Notes under the pieces: model-generated
What the model saw: only the letters and a program-made list of their open reading frames with translations
Database searches by the model: none
Told to the model about the DNA's origin: nothing
Position numbers and translations under genes: made by a program
Virus record (IMG/VR): IMGVR_UViG_3300030329_001756
Span: 1 to 51,735 of that record
From: a virus
Taxonomy: Duplodnaviria > Caudoviricetes
Length of the DNA stretch: 51,735 bases
Direction: 5' to 3' (one strand)
Part shown: positions 8,823-17,886 of the stretch, piece after piece
Numbering within the stretch: position 1 is the first letter of the stretch
How the letters are laid out: each line of letters begins with the position of its first letter

Positions 8823-9187
8823 TCTTTCGGTATCCTTTCTTTAGAAAATGTAAAACCATTCTTACTGCACCAATCACCATACGTTGTTTTAGATGATCTT
8901 GAAAGTCTGTTGAACGGAGTCATAAACACAAACCTAAGATCAATGTCTGGATGTTGGTTTGCTACACAAAGATGTTTTACTCTGTCAGAGGATGTGAATC
9001 TTCCTTTAGTTTCTATGTAGATATCATAATCTGGAAGATAGAAATCAGGAGTATAAACTCTAGGCTTTGGAATCCAAGATAGCTTTTTGGTTTCGTACTC
9101 ATAGTCTATGTTTCTTTCTTCAAGATCACGTGCAAAGTCTCTTTCAAACAAAGAACGAAACCTGTAATCTTTGTACTTCTTAACCAT
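8798..9187 (-). CDS. T7 gp3-like endonuclease I (Holliday junction resolvase)
   Basis: FRSLFE, YEYE, YTPDF and IETKGRF motifs; start moved to ATG 9187. Confidence 0.88.
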   Translation of the reverse strand: MVKKYKDYRFRSLFERDFARDLEERNIDYEYETKKLSWIPKPRVYTPDFYLPDYDIYIETKGRFTSSDRVKHLCVANQHPDIDLRFVFMTPFNRLSRSSKTTYGDWCSKNGFTFSKERIPKEWIKKKKK

Positions 9188-9188
9188 G

Positions 9189-9584
9189 TTACGGTCTGTA
9201 GATACGAAGAAGTTTGGTAATTCTGTTCTTAAAATACTTGTAAGAACGAGGTGATATTTCAAGAAACCTTTGTTCATTGTACGAATCAAAGTCTCCTTTT
9301 GCAAACACAACAGTTCTTTCGTTTTTTAACAACTCTTCCAAACTTCCTATATCTTCCTTCATCTTATCTGTGTTGTATCTGAACTCTTTGTCATCCCAAT
9401 AACAACCTATCTGATCACCATGAGACTTCTTTAATCTTATACCTATTCCTTGATCAGAGTCTCTAAGAAAAGTAGCTAAAGCGGTTCCTCCAGACTTTTT
9501 GTCGTTCTCTAGATACGCAAACATTACGTTGCTGTTATTGATGACATCTTCTGTAAGAACCTTTTGTTGAACATAAACTGGCAT
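9189..9584 (-). CDS. conserved phage protein, macro-domain-like
   Basis: Resembles the phage family with pattern YVFGDN..GxGGQA...N..GI.TK, but divergent. Confidence 0.45.
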   Translation of the reverse strand: MPVYVQQKVLTEDVINNSNVMFAYLENDKKSGGTALATFLRDSDQGIGIRLKKSHGDQIGCYWDDKEFRYNTDKMKEDIGSLEELLKNERTVVFAKGDFDSYNEQRFLEISPRSYKYFKNRITKLLRIYRP

Positions 9585-9585
9585 T

Positions 9586-11217
9586 CTACATTAACTCGTT
9601 ATCTTTAACATTGTTAACGTGGTTTGTAGCGATGTTTTCTGAAGAAACTTCATTCAATCTTCCTGTATTTGCGTCGTAGAACAAAGTACTACAAAGACCA
9701 GTTACTCCGCTAAACCTGTTTTTAATGATACGTACTTTTGTTGTGTTTCTTTCGACAGGACAATCAGCTTGACCGTTTCGTTCCAGACCTAATACGATAT
9801 CACTTAACTGACCAATACTGTGTGAGCCTCTAAGGTGGTTCAATGACAACTCTTTACCTTCTTCATGCGAACCATCTTGTGTTCTCCTCAGATGGCTTGC
9901 AATGATAAGACAAATATCAAGTTCTTGAACAAGAGTACGAAGCTTAGTCATACATTGATCTATGTTCTTTCTTTCATCCATTCCGAACTCTTGAGAACTT
10001 ACAAGAATAGAGATATGGTCAAGAATGATATACTTACATTTAAGTATCTTTACCATATACCTTATTCTGTTGATGATGTTGTCAATTGCGTTAGAACCGA
10101 AATGGTCAAAGAAAAACACTCGACCGCTTCCTACAGTGTTGTCGTAAGCGTCTTTGTATTCTTCCATTGTGTAATCTGCATCAGGAAGATGATAGTTCTT
10201 GTTTGAGTGAACTCCCATCAAAGCTTTAGCTGTAGTTCTGATAGGTTCTTCAAGGAACATAAGGCCAACATTGTTATCAGTATTAGAAATAATATGATAA
10301 CAAATTTCTCTCATAAAGCTGGACTTACCAATACCTGTTCCTGCACAGATGCAGACAAGTTCTCCGCTTCTTAAACCGTAAGTGGATTTGTTAATACCAT
10401 TGTAAGGATACTGAACAATAGCCTTCTCTGGTCCTTTTAACAACTCATCCCAAAGACTATCACCTGACACAATACCTTCCGGAGTGTATCTTTCAGCGTT
10501 CCACCAATCCTGTTTGAACTCAGCTACCTTACCTTTAAGCAGATATTCGTTAGGGTCTTTGTAGCGCATACGAACAACAGAAGCTTTAGGAGCAAGTAAC
10601 TCAGAAGCTACTTTCGATGCAATCTTTCCTGCATCGTCATTATCAAAACATATAATTATGTTCTCAAACTTGTTAAGAAAATCATAATTATCGTTGATAT
10701 CTTTTTCAATTGATCCTGCACCTGTTCTCACAGAAATAAACGGCCACTTGCTATCAAACATTTGATAAGCTGACAAAGCGTCTATCTCACCTTCACAAAT
10801 AGTAATATACTTTCCGCCATTCCCGAAAGCTTGTTGACCAAAGAACCCTGCTTTAGCAATGTGTCCTTCTATCAAGAAATGCTTAGGAACAAAACGTATC
10901 TTACTTGCAATGTGAAAACCACCAGAATCGTAATAAGGATAGATATGCACAGACTTTCCTTTGACAGTCTTTTGCATAACATTATACTTAACACAAGTTT
11001 CTTTGTGTATTCTTCTGGACTCTATTGCAGACACATCACCCAAAGTAAGGTTGTTGTTTTCTACAACTCTAATGTCAGAAGTGTCATTTTCAGGCAAACT
11101 AGCTTTCTTACAAGAAAAGCAATAAGTCCCACCATCCTTGTAGATTGTCAAGGCATCACTTGAGCCACAATCAGGACAAGGTTGGTGAGTCTTTTCGTAC
11201 TTACTTTCATAATTCAT
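9586..11217 (-). CDS. T7 gp4-like primase-helicase
   Basis: CPDC/CFSC Zn finger, TOPRIM EGEIDALS and FDND, Walker A AGTGIGKS, ILDH, LRGS, KNRFSG. Confidence 0.93.
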   Translation of the reverse strand: MNYESKYEKTHQPCPDCGSSDALTIYKDGGTYCFSCKKASLPENDTSDIRVVENNNLTLGDVSAIESRRIHKETCVKYNVMQKTVKGKSVHIYPYYDSGGFHIASKIRFVPKHFLIEGHIAKAGFFGQQAFGNGGKYITICEGEIDALSAYQMFDSKWPFISVRTGAGSIEKDINDNYDFLNKFENIIICFDNDDAGKIASKVASELLAPKASVVRMRYKDPNEYLLKGKVAEFKQDWWNAERYTPEGIVSGDSLWDELLKGPEKAIVQYPYNGINKSTYGLRSGELVCICAGTGIGKSSFMREICYHIISNTDNNVGLMFLEEPIRTTAKALMGVHSNKNYHLPDADYTMEEYKDAYDNTVGSGRVFFFDHFGSNAIDNIINRIRYMVKILKCKYIILDHISILVSSQEFGMDERKNIDQCMTKLRTLVQELDICLIIASHLRRTQDGSHEEGKELSLNHLRGSHSIGQLSDIVLGLERNGQADCPVERNTTKVRIIKNRFSGVTGLCSTLFYDANTGRLNEVSSENIATNHVNNVKDNELM

Positions 11218-12067
11218 CAGTAACTTCCTCTACTCTTGGTTCCACTTCAACGTGAGTAAAATACTTTAAACTGTTGGAGTACTGAAACACTCTAAGTCCA
11301 GAGCCTTTATTGGCACCCTTCCAACAAATGTTTTTATAATCACAATAGGCACAGGCTGTACTCAATACATAATTGCCCTGAACTCCGAGAGGTTCAGGTT
11401 CATAACACTTCTCAGGAGGATTGTCAAGCGAAATAATCTCCTTCAAGTGCTTTATTCTGTCAGTAGCGTTTATTTTCGTTAGCTCGTCCACCATCATAAA
11501 GGTAATGTCGCCAGTGCTTTTGTCAAACGCAAGGAAGCCGCCTTCAAGAACATTCTTTGCGTCCATGTAACCGCTTATCTGACCAATGTATCCAAAAGGA
11601 TCATTTCCTAAAAGTGTTCTTGTTTTAAATTTTCTAAAAGAGCGAGTAGAAGCAGATTTAACGTCAACAACAGCACCGTCTATCATAGCGTCAATGTGAC
11701 CTGTGATACCTTCTATCTTTACCTCTTCTTGTTGATTAGTTACTTTGTGTCCTGATTCAGCAGCAAGAAATAACATTAAAGCTTCTACTATATTGCCGTA
11801 AAAGAATTTTAACAGCAACTCTGGAGGATGCTTGACTTGATTCTTGTTGTGTACATCGTACCAAATCTTTCTGTCTTCTTTACCTATGCTAGACATACGA
11901 AGATAACCAGAACGAGACTTTTCTTTAGGATTAAGAAAATTCTTTAAATCACTAGTAATAGCTTTAAGAAATATGTCGATGTTATTTTCATCTATATCAA
12001 CTTTACCTTCAGATATAAGATTCTTTATATCAGGTATTAAAGTATGGATTGTTTTTTCAACTGTCAT
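11207..12067 (-). CDS. PD-(D/E)XK (Cas4-like) exonuclease
   Basis: GHIDA..VDVKS, GQISGY, C-terminal CAYC...C. Confidence 0.75.
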   Translation of the reverse strand: MTVEKTIHTLIPDIKNLISEGKVDIDENNIDIFLKAITSDLKNFLNPKEKSRSGYLRMSSIGKEDRKIWYDVHNKNQVKHPPELLLKFFYGNIVEALMLFLAAESGHKVTNQQEEVKIEGITGHIDAMIDGAVVDVKSASTRSFRKFKTRTLLGNDPFGYIGQISGYMDAKNVLEGGFLAFDKSTGDITFMMVDELTKINATDRIKHLKEIISLDNPPEKCYEPEPLGVQGNYVLSTACAYCDYKNICWKGANKGSGLRVFQYSNSLKYFTHVEVEPRVEEVTDEL

Positions 12068-12082
12068 TCTAAAGACCTTTCT

Positions 12083-12475
12083 TCAAGTAACTTTTTTGTA
12101 AAACTCTCCTACTTTTATTATTTCATCTGGCGTAGCACTTGATTTAATATTATTAACTTTATGAGAAACCCAAATTACATTTCCTATTTCATATCCTTTA
12201 TTGTTGTCTATTCTGTCTAAAGAAGGAGAACTACTAGACGCATGTTTATAACCAACTTCAAATTCAATTCCTAATACAGGACACTTTTTGTTTTTAGGAA
12301 AAATTTCAATTATATATTCTACAGTTATATTAAATAGTTTTTCTGGATGCCTCTTTTTATTCCTATTTTTTAACGCATTATATTTATGAGCAAAAAATTG
12401 TCTTTCAAAAGAATGTATTTGTTTTTTTCTTTTTTTACCATATTCTTTCCAATAATTTTTATCCTTGAAAGGCAC
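12083..12475 (-). CDS. HNH-type (homing-like) endonuclease
   Basis: CPVLG...SPSLDRIDNNKGYEIGNVIWVSHKVNNIK; very AT-rich. Confidence 0.8.
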   Translation of the reverse strand: MPFKDKNYWKEYGKKRKKQIHSFERQFFAHKYNALKNRNKKRHPEKLFNITVEYIIEIFPKNKKCPVLGIEFEVGYKHASSSSPSLDRIDNNKGYEIGNVIWVSHKVNNIKSSATPDEIIKVGEFYKKVT

Positions 12476-12500
12476 CTGTCTATTCCTTTTTTTCTCATTT

Positions 12501-12577
12501 TGGCGGTCCCGGTAGGACTCGAACCTACAACCTATAGATTAGAAGTCTATTGCTCTATCCTTTTGAGCTACGGAACC
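12501..12577 (-). tRNA. tRNA-Arg(TCT)
   Basis: Cloverleaf GGTTCCG...anticodon loop CTTCTAA...GGTTCGAGTCC...CGGGACC-G-CCA. Confidence 0.92.
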
Positions 12578-12584
12578 AGAAAAA

Positions 12585-12830
12585 TTTTGAGCAGTTTTAC
12601 ATCGTGCTCAGGATGTCTTCATCTTTAGTTCAAATAGAAGAGGAGATCATTCTTCTATCAAGTTGTATCCAGTTCCCGTTAAACCCTCACTATGGATACT
12701 GTAACTCACGGTTAGAGTTACCCCACTTAGACTTAACATTGAGGATAAGGTTCCGTAGTTCGATCATTCACCTTATAACATTTCTGATTCAAAACTATCT
12801 GTTCCGGCGTTATCTTTACCGGCCTCAAAC
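12585..12830 (-). ncRNA. putative multi-hairpin structured RNA ending in an H-type pseudoknot
   Basis: Consecutive inverted repeats in a non-coding gap (see findings). Confidence 0.5.
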
Positions 12831-12834
12831 TCTC

Positions 12835-13293
12835 TTACATCAATTCGCGTTCAAGATTATCGGAAGACTCAAGAACACCAGTATTGAAGTACTGTGGCTC
12901 TGGATCAAGAGACATACGGTTAGGAGTGTACTCTTGCAATTCAAGAACCATAACTGCGTTAACACCAATGCCAACGCCCTTCTTTCCTTTGTAGTTATAA
13001 TCATAAGTGTGAATGGAAACTTTAGCGTAAGTTCCATTTCCGATTCGTACATCAGGGTTCCACGGATTTCCTGCTGCATCTAAAACTTTGATAGGAAACT
13101 TGGAACGAGCAACAATGAAAGATTCAAAATCTTCCTTTTTGCCTTCTCCAATTCGTACATTAACACCAGCGTTTTCCAGTTCTTCAACTGTGTCACTGTG
13201 AAGATTACCAAGAGTAACCTCATATTTTTGTGACATTTCATTAACTTCGTACAAACTGGGATAGTACAGTGTTGCATACAAAACTTTGTCCAT
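12835..13293 (-). CDS. single-stranded DNA-binding protein (T7 gp2.5/DUF2815-like)
   Basis: KYEVTL, RIGNGTYAKV, YDYNYKGKKGVGIGVNAVMVLEL; acidic tail; lies next to polA. Confidence 0.8.
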   Translation of the reverse strand: MDKVLYATLYYPSLYEVNEMSQKYEVTLGNLHSDTVEELENAGVNVRIGEGKKEDFESFIVARSKFPIKVLDAAGNPWNPDVRIGNGTYAKVSIHTYDYNYKGKKGVGIGVNAVMVLELQEYTPNRMSLDPEPQYFNTGVLESSDNLERELM

Positions 13294-13327
13294 TGCTTTT
13301 TCTCCTTAAAGGGTAAAATGTTCTAAT

Positions 13328-13356
13328 ATTATACAGGCTGAAACAGGTCTTGTCAA
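13328..13356 (-). promoter_or_regulatory. consensus sigma70 promoter for ssb
   Basis: TTGACA-17 nt-TATAAT; spacer resembles that of the 1135 promoter. Confidence 0.85.
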
Positions 13357-13366
13357 GTCTTTTTTT

Positions 13367-15085
13367 TCAGTGCGTATCCGCCCAAGACATTCCAATCTTC
13401 GCTTCAGCGTCCATCGGAAGTCTCAGGTTCAGCATACGCCCTGCTTGTTTGATTGTCAAGCCTGAAAGTTCAACTAATCGCTTTGCGTCATCTGCGTGGC
13501 TTTCGTACTGCAACTCATCGTGGACCGTATTGACTAGGTTCGCCTTCAGCTTCTCAGAGCGTATGCTGCGATCCATATTGACTGACCACTGCTTACACAC
13601 AATACTCCCGCCGCCTTGTAGAAGGGTGTTAAGAGCCGCGTGAGCGTGCCTAACGTACAGCCTTCTGCCGTCGAGTCCGCGAATGTACCCTCGCGATGCT
13701 GCGTCCTCTACCTTGCTTAAAAGCGCCCCCAAACTCGGTACGTTTTTAAGAAACTGATCCTTGAGTATCTTTCCTTGCACTGGGCTAACACCTAAAATAC
13801 TTCCTAGTTTAGTAGGTGAAGCTCCATATATGAAAGCGTAAAAGAATGTTTTAGCTAACCTACGATCATCTATTCCTAATGCTTGCATTGTAACATTGTG
13901 AGGATCACCAGAAAGAACTTCTTTTGTGTAATCAGCATCATTCATGTAGTGGGCAAGCATCCTTAATTCTAAACCTTGAGCGTCCATACCTACAATACGA
14001 AAGCTATCATTAGGAGAAGACCAACAATCTCTTGATTCTTTACCGTAAGGTTTATCTACAGCTACTACATTCGCCATATTAGGGTCTTTGTGTGTCATAC
14101 GACCCGTAACTGCACCAAGAGTAAACACCTTGCCGTGTACTCTACCGTCATCCCCTAAAGCGTCTATCCACGACTCTGCTGTTTTCCACCTGTTAGTAAG
14201 CATTTTCCATTCAGAAAGTTTTCTTGCTGATTCTGGCGCTGTTTCTGGTAACGTAGCAAGATTAGTTTCATTTACTTTTGGTGAACCTTTTGGAGTTAAA
14301 TCAATAGGCTTCCAGCCAGACTCATTCATTCTTTCAACTATTTGCTTGTGCGAAGCAATGTTAAAAGGTTGAAATTCTATCTTCCAAAAGGGGCCAACTA
14401 CATCTTTGTAATCAAAACCATTTAAACCTACCTTAGAAATAGCACCTGTTTTAGTATATTTAGGTAAATCCTTACGCAATACTTTAACTTTAGGCGGAAA
14501 GTACTTAGTAATATTACACTCTATTTCATTAGCTTTACTTTGAGTTTTATTTATTAGTTCAAAAGTCTTTTGCTTATTCAAGTAAAAGCCATACTTAGAT
14601 TGCCTAGATATTATGTCGGCAATGTCATGTTCAAGGTCGATGCTTTGCTGGGAAAAGTCTTTACCTTCCTCAGTAAGAATAGAATATATTTTGTATGTTA
14701 TTTCAACATCACGTTTACAATATTCTATCATTTTTTCTGATAGTTTTTCAAAGTCTATAAACTTTAATTTACTTATACCAAGCTTACATCCCCAAGACTC
14801 AAGGCTGTGTCCCCCTTCTCTATCAGGTACAAACAACCTAGACATAATTAAAGTATCTTCAACTTTCTTTATGTTTACATTCCAAAGACGTTTAAGAACA
14901 GGAAAATCAAACTCTACGGCATTGTGTCCGATAAACACATCATTATCAAAATCAAAACCGTGAGAAAGAAACTCCTCTTTTGTTTTGTGTACGTGTACTT
15001 CGTTTTTACCTATTGTTTTGGAACACACAACCCATATTTTCTTGGCATTAAGATGGTCAGTCTCAATATCAATTACGTGTTTCAT
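13367..15085 (-). CDS. polA: family A DNA polymerase with 3'-5' exonuclease
   Basis: ExoI DIET, motif A DAQGLELR, motif B RLAKTFFYAFIYG (Tyr at the E. coli 762 position, as in T7), motif C VHDE; start moved to MKHVIDIET. Confidence 0.93.
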   Translation of the reverse strand: MKHVIDIETDHLNAKKIWVVCSKTIGKNEVHVHKTKEEFLSHGFDFDNDVFIGHNAVEFDFPVLKRLWNVNIKKVEDTLIMSRLFVPDREGGHSLESWGCKLGISKLKFIDFEKLSEKMIEYCKRDVEITYKIYSILTEEGKDFSQQSIDLEHDIADIISRQSKYGFYLNKQKTFELINKTQSKANEIECNITKYFPPKVKVLRKDLPKYTKTGAISKVGLNGFDYKDVVGPFWKIEFQPFNIASHKQIVERMNESGWKPIDLTPKGSPKVNETNLATLPETAPESARKLSEWKMLTNRWKTAESWIDALGDDGRVHGKVFTLGAVTGRMTHKDPNMANVVAVDKPYGKESRDCWSSPNDSFRIVGMDAQGLELRMLAHYMNDADYTKEVLSGDPHNVTMQALGIDDRRLAKTFFYAFIYGASPTKLGSILGVSPVQGKILKDQFLKNVPSLGALLSKVEDAASRGYIRGLDGRRLYVRHAHAALNTLLQGGGSIVCKQWSVNMDRSIRSEKLKANLVNTVHDELQYESHADDAKRLVELSGLTIKQAGRMLNLRLPMDAEAKIGMSWADTH

Positions 15086-15611
15086 CAGGTAACCCCAATC
15101 CATGATAAGAAGGTTTATCATTAGATTTTTCTATTTTAAACCACTCAGGCTTGTTGCGTTTTTTCCAAGTTGCGAAATCACTTTTTTCAACAACGTAATA
15201 GGTACGATACGCTTCAACAGTGTCAGAGCCTTTGCAGTAGTCAGGCATACACTGCGGCGGCGGCGTAAAATCGTCATGCTCTATGTACACTGGAAAATGC
15301 CACAAATGATGAAGCAACCTACCGGAAGCGTGGTTTTTATCGTAACGATAAGTGTATTCTTTAAGAAGCTGGTCGTAAAGATTCCACAACCACTCATAAT
15401 TCTCAGAAGATTTACGAACCCAAATAGAAGAAGGATGGTTCTTGTGAGTAGCTTTGTACAGACCTCGTTCATCAGCAAGCTTGTCACCGTCAAGTAAACG
15501 ATGCGCTGTTGAAAGAAGCTGTGCAGACTCAAGGATCATTTTAACTACGTGTTTGTCGCAGTGCATCTGCGCTGCAAGTATAGGGTCTTTGTCAAGATAG
15601 AAGATGTTCAT
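15069..15611 (-). CDS. pyrimidine-dimer DNA glycosylase-like protein
   Basis: MNIFYLD...HCDKHVVKMILESAQLLSTAH, THKNHP and AYRTYY. Confidence 0.8.
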   Translation of the reverse strand: MNIFYLDKDPILAAQMHCDKHVVKMILESAQLLSTAHRLLDGDKLADERGLYKATHKNHPSSIWVRKSSENYEWLWNLYDQLLKEYTYRYDKNHASGRLLHHLWHFPVYIEHDDFTPPPQCMPDYCKGSDTVEAYRTYYVVEKSDFATWKKRNKPEWFKIEKSNDKPSYHGLGLPDETRN

Positions 15612-16254
15612 CTAGTGCCTTCCACGATACAGGATAAAGGTTGCTACATTCTATTCTAATACTGTTTGCTATGTATCTAGTTTCTTTTTGTGCGTCATCC
15701 TTTGTTCTTAGAGAACACACTCTAGCAAAAGCAGCTAAACTACCACTCCAGTACCATTCTGTGTACATGTTTTGTGGTAAAATCATTCTTGCCATTTCCG
15801 GAGCAATTCCTGAATTAATCATATTAGAATAACATTCGGTAACAAATTTCATTAAAGGCGCTGTATTGTAGCGAATAACACCGTCGTTTGACGATCCTTG
15901 TTTTTTGTCATCGGCTCGTTTTCTCCAAACGTCAGGGATAAAAAACTCTGGTTCGTCATCAACATATCTCCTTGATACTTCGTTCCACACCAACCCTACT
16001 TGATGTTTGACCAACTGTCTAGCCACAAATACGGGCGCTTTGATGCGAAACTGAAGAAAGCAATGCCCGAATGGCGTCCAGTGATTGTGCTTGGCAAGGT
16101 AGTTTATAAGCCGTTCGTCCTTCTCTGTCAAGACGTTTTCTACAGGACCGGCAGGCAGTATCGTTTCCCAATCTGATTCTTTGTTAAAGGAAACTCTTGC
16201 AGCGTTAACCACTGTAAGATCAGACCCCATTGAATCAATTAACTCAACTTGCAT
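15592..16254 (-). CDS. thyX: flavin-dependent thymidylate synthase
   Basis: VNAARVS, HWTPF, ARQLVKHQ...NEVSRRY and EMARMILP. Confidence 0.92.
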   Translation of the reverse strand: MQVELIDSMGSDLTVVNAARVSFNKESDWETILPAGPVENVLTEKDERLINYLAKHNHWTPFGHCFLQFRIKAPVFVARQLVKHQVGLVWNEVSRRYVDDEPEFFIPDVWRKRADDKKQGSSNDGVIRYNTAPLMKFVTECYSNMINSGIAPEMARMILPQNMYTEWYWSGSLAAFARVCSLRTKDDAQKETRYIANSIRIECSNLYPVSWKALDEHLLS

Positions 16255-16495
16255 AGTACTTCACCAAACCATTAAAAAGTAAAGCTGAAGAAACAGAATT
16301 AATAACAATTAAAGCTCTGTCGTTCCAAAGTATACCTACAGTTAGCCAACCAAGCAATCCTATTGTATGTACAAATAGATTAAAAGGATACACGTTGTTA
16401 CTTGTCAACATCATTCCGAAGATAAGTATAAATGTAGCAATCCATTTAATATACCAATCTATAGTGTGAGTAGGCGTAGCCTTTTTAATACTCAT
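16244..16495 (-). CDS. small membrane protein (DUF6552-like)
   Basis: DWYIKWIAT...WNDRALIVIN; three hydrophobic segments. Confidence 0.7.
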   Translation of the reverse strand: MSIKKATPTHTIDWYIKWIATFILIFGMMLTSNNVYPFNLFVHTIGLLGWLTVGILWNDRALIVINSVSSALLFNGLVKYYAS

Positions 16496-17001
16496 AAATT
16501 CTCCATCAAGTTAAGTTCATCAATTTTAAGATTGTAACAAGAAGCTTTTACTGTATAACCATTATCTTCGTCTACAGTTCCTTTCTTTAAGAATGTTGAT
16601 TTATTAAAATATTCTTGTTTAGGCAACCAACCTAATAACCAAATCTTTTTTAAGCTGTAAAGTATTCTAGTGAACACATAAACATCACATTTCTGTTTAG
16701 TGTTGTATTCTGCTATTGAGCAATCGTAGTAGCTTAAAGGTTTTACTCCTGTTGTTTTTGTTTTAACATCAATCTTTAATTTATCATTGTTTTTTATGTT
16801 AAGGTAAAAATCATAATCATAAGTGTTGTCTTCAACAACATCATGTTTATTGTTTAGAAGATAATCCATAACACAATACTCACCTACATAACCAGCCTTA
16901 TTACCTCTTCCTTGAGATATAGAGTTTGTAAGTACTCCTAGTTTATCTGATGCTTTTTGAGCTTTGTCAAGCATATTTTGAGATACGTTCATTTCTATCA
17001 T
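16492..17001 (-). CDS. conserved phage protein, PD-(D/E)XK-like
   Basis: GYVGE...YDYD...IDVKTK. Confidence 0.55.
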   Translation of the reverse strand: MIEMNVSQNMLDKAQKASDKLGVLTNSISQGRGNKAGYVGEYCVMDYLLNNKHDVVEDNTYDYDFYLNIKNNDKLKIDVKTKTTGVKPLSYYDCSIAEYNTKQKCDVYVFTRILYSLKKIWLLGWLPKQEYFNKSTFLKKGTVDEDNGYTVKASCYNLKIDELNLMENL

Positions 17002-17003
17002 AA

Positions 17004-17038
17004 TTAAAAATATGTCCTAGTAATGGAAGGAGGTGGTT
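17004..17038. repeat. third copy of the box at 1057-1093
   Basis: ttaaaaatatgtcctagtaatggaaggaggtggt versus ttaaaaaaatatgtccctagtaatggaagggggtggt. Confidence 0.8.
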
Positions 17039-17147
17039 AAGTACACAAAAATCATTAAAATGCCTACTAAACATACTAAAAGTTCCGTTTTTGACATGTT
17101 TTTACACCTTATTTCACTTTTAATACTCATAAGAATAAAATCTTTTC

Positions 17148-17339
17148 TTAATCGTATAAATTGTCATCGTCTTCGTCTACCATTTTAAGCAGTTTTGAAT
17201 TAGAGTATCTTTTTTTTACTGATTTTTTGCGCTTAGATTCTACAACACGCTTCCTGTACAAAGGGTCTTCAAGGTTGTGCGCCATGACGCTTCTGCGTGA
17301 CCCTCTTTTCCGGTCGTTTTGTTTCCGCTGGTACGACAT
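17148..17339 (-). CDS. basic hypothetical protein
   Basis: 63-aa Lys/Arg-rich ORF, first gene of the replication arm. Confidence 0.55.
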   Translation of the reverse strand: MSYQRKQNDRKRGSRRSVMAHNLEDPLYRKRVVESKRKKSVKKRYSNSKLLKMVDEDDDNLYD

Positions 17340-17355
17340 TTTTTCATTTTTCCTC

Positions 17356-17407
17356 TTGACACGGGTTTCGATAGGGTGTATTTAAACGATTATTATGCCC
17401 CTGTCAA
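17356..17407. promoter_or_regulatory. overlapping bidirectional promoter
   Basis: TTGACA on both strands (17356+, 17407-), each 17 nt from the same hexamer 17379-17384; at the strand switch. Confidence 0.6.
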
Positions 17408-17428
17408 GGCCAAAAAGGAGAAAAAAAA

Positions 17429-17620
17429 ATGAGTAAAATGAGCGATTTACACATAGACTATTCAGAACACATAAGATTATGTTCAAAAAATAATATTGAA
17501 AAAGAAGAAGCATGGGTACTATTAGACACAAATATAAAGAATGTTGTATATAAAGAAGATTTTCTAAAAGATTATTCTGAAGTTAAAGGTGAAAATAAAA
17601 TGATTAAAGAAGCTGAATAG
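17429..17620 (+). CDS. hypothetical protein
   Basis: SD AGGAG; 63 aa. Confidence 0.65.
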   Translation: MSKMSDLHIDYSEHIRLCSKNNIEKEEAWVLLDTNIKNVVYKEDFLKDYSEVKGENKMIKEAE

Positions 17621-17625
17621 TACAA

Positions 17626-17847
17626 ATGACTGATAAACGTGAACCTTATTGGAATTACATGGGAAGAAGGTTACGTGAAGTACGTGATAATACTTTCCTC
17701 ACAAGAGAGGATTTGTGTAAAAAGGAAATAGCAGAGATGCAAAAACAAGTACACATATTGCAATTAAGAGTTAAAGAGTTAAAAGAGATTGTTGATAGGC
17801 AAAGTAAAACCATTAAATCATTGTTACCTTCAATTAGTCAGGATTAG
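17626..17847 (+). CDS. coiled-coil hypothetical protein
   Basis: 73 aa with heptad pattern. Confidence 0.65.
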   Translation: MTDKREPYWNYMGRRLREVRDNTFLTREDLCKKEIAEMQKQVHILQLRVKELKEIVDRQSKTIKSLLPSISQD

Positions 17848-17886
17848 TAACTTGTGGAAAGAAAATGTTGAATTGCAATGTGGTCT

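Noticed and set aside
11207-12067. CRISPR-associated Cas4
   Set aside because: No cas genes or array; solo Cas4-like exonucleases are common in phage replication modules
12550-13083. 177-aa plus-strand ORF
   Set aside because: Antisense to ssb and tRNA; no RBS or motifs
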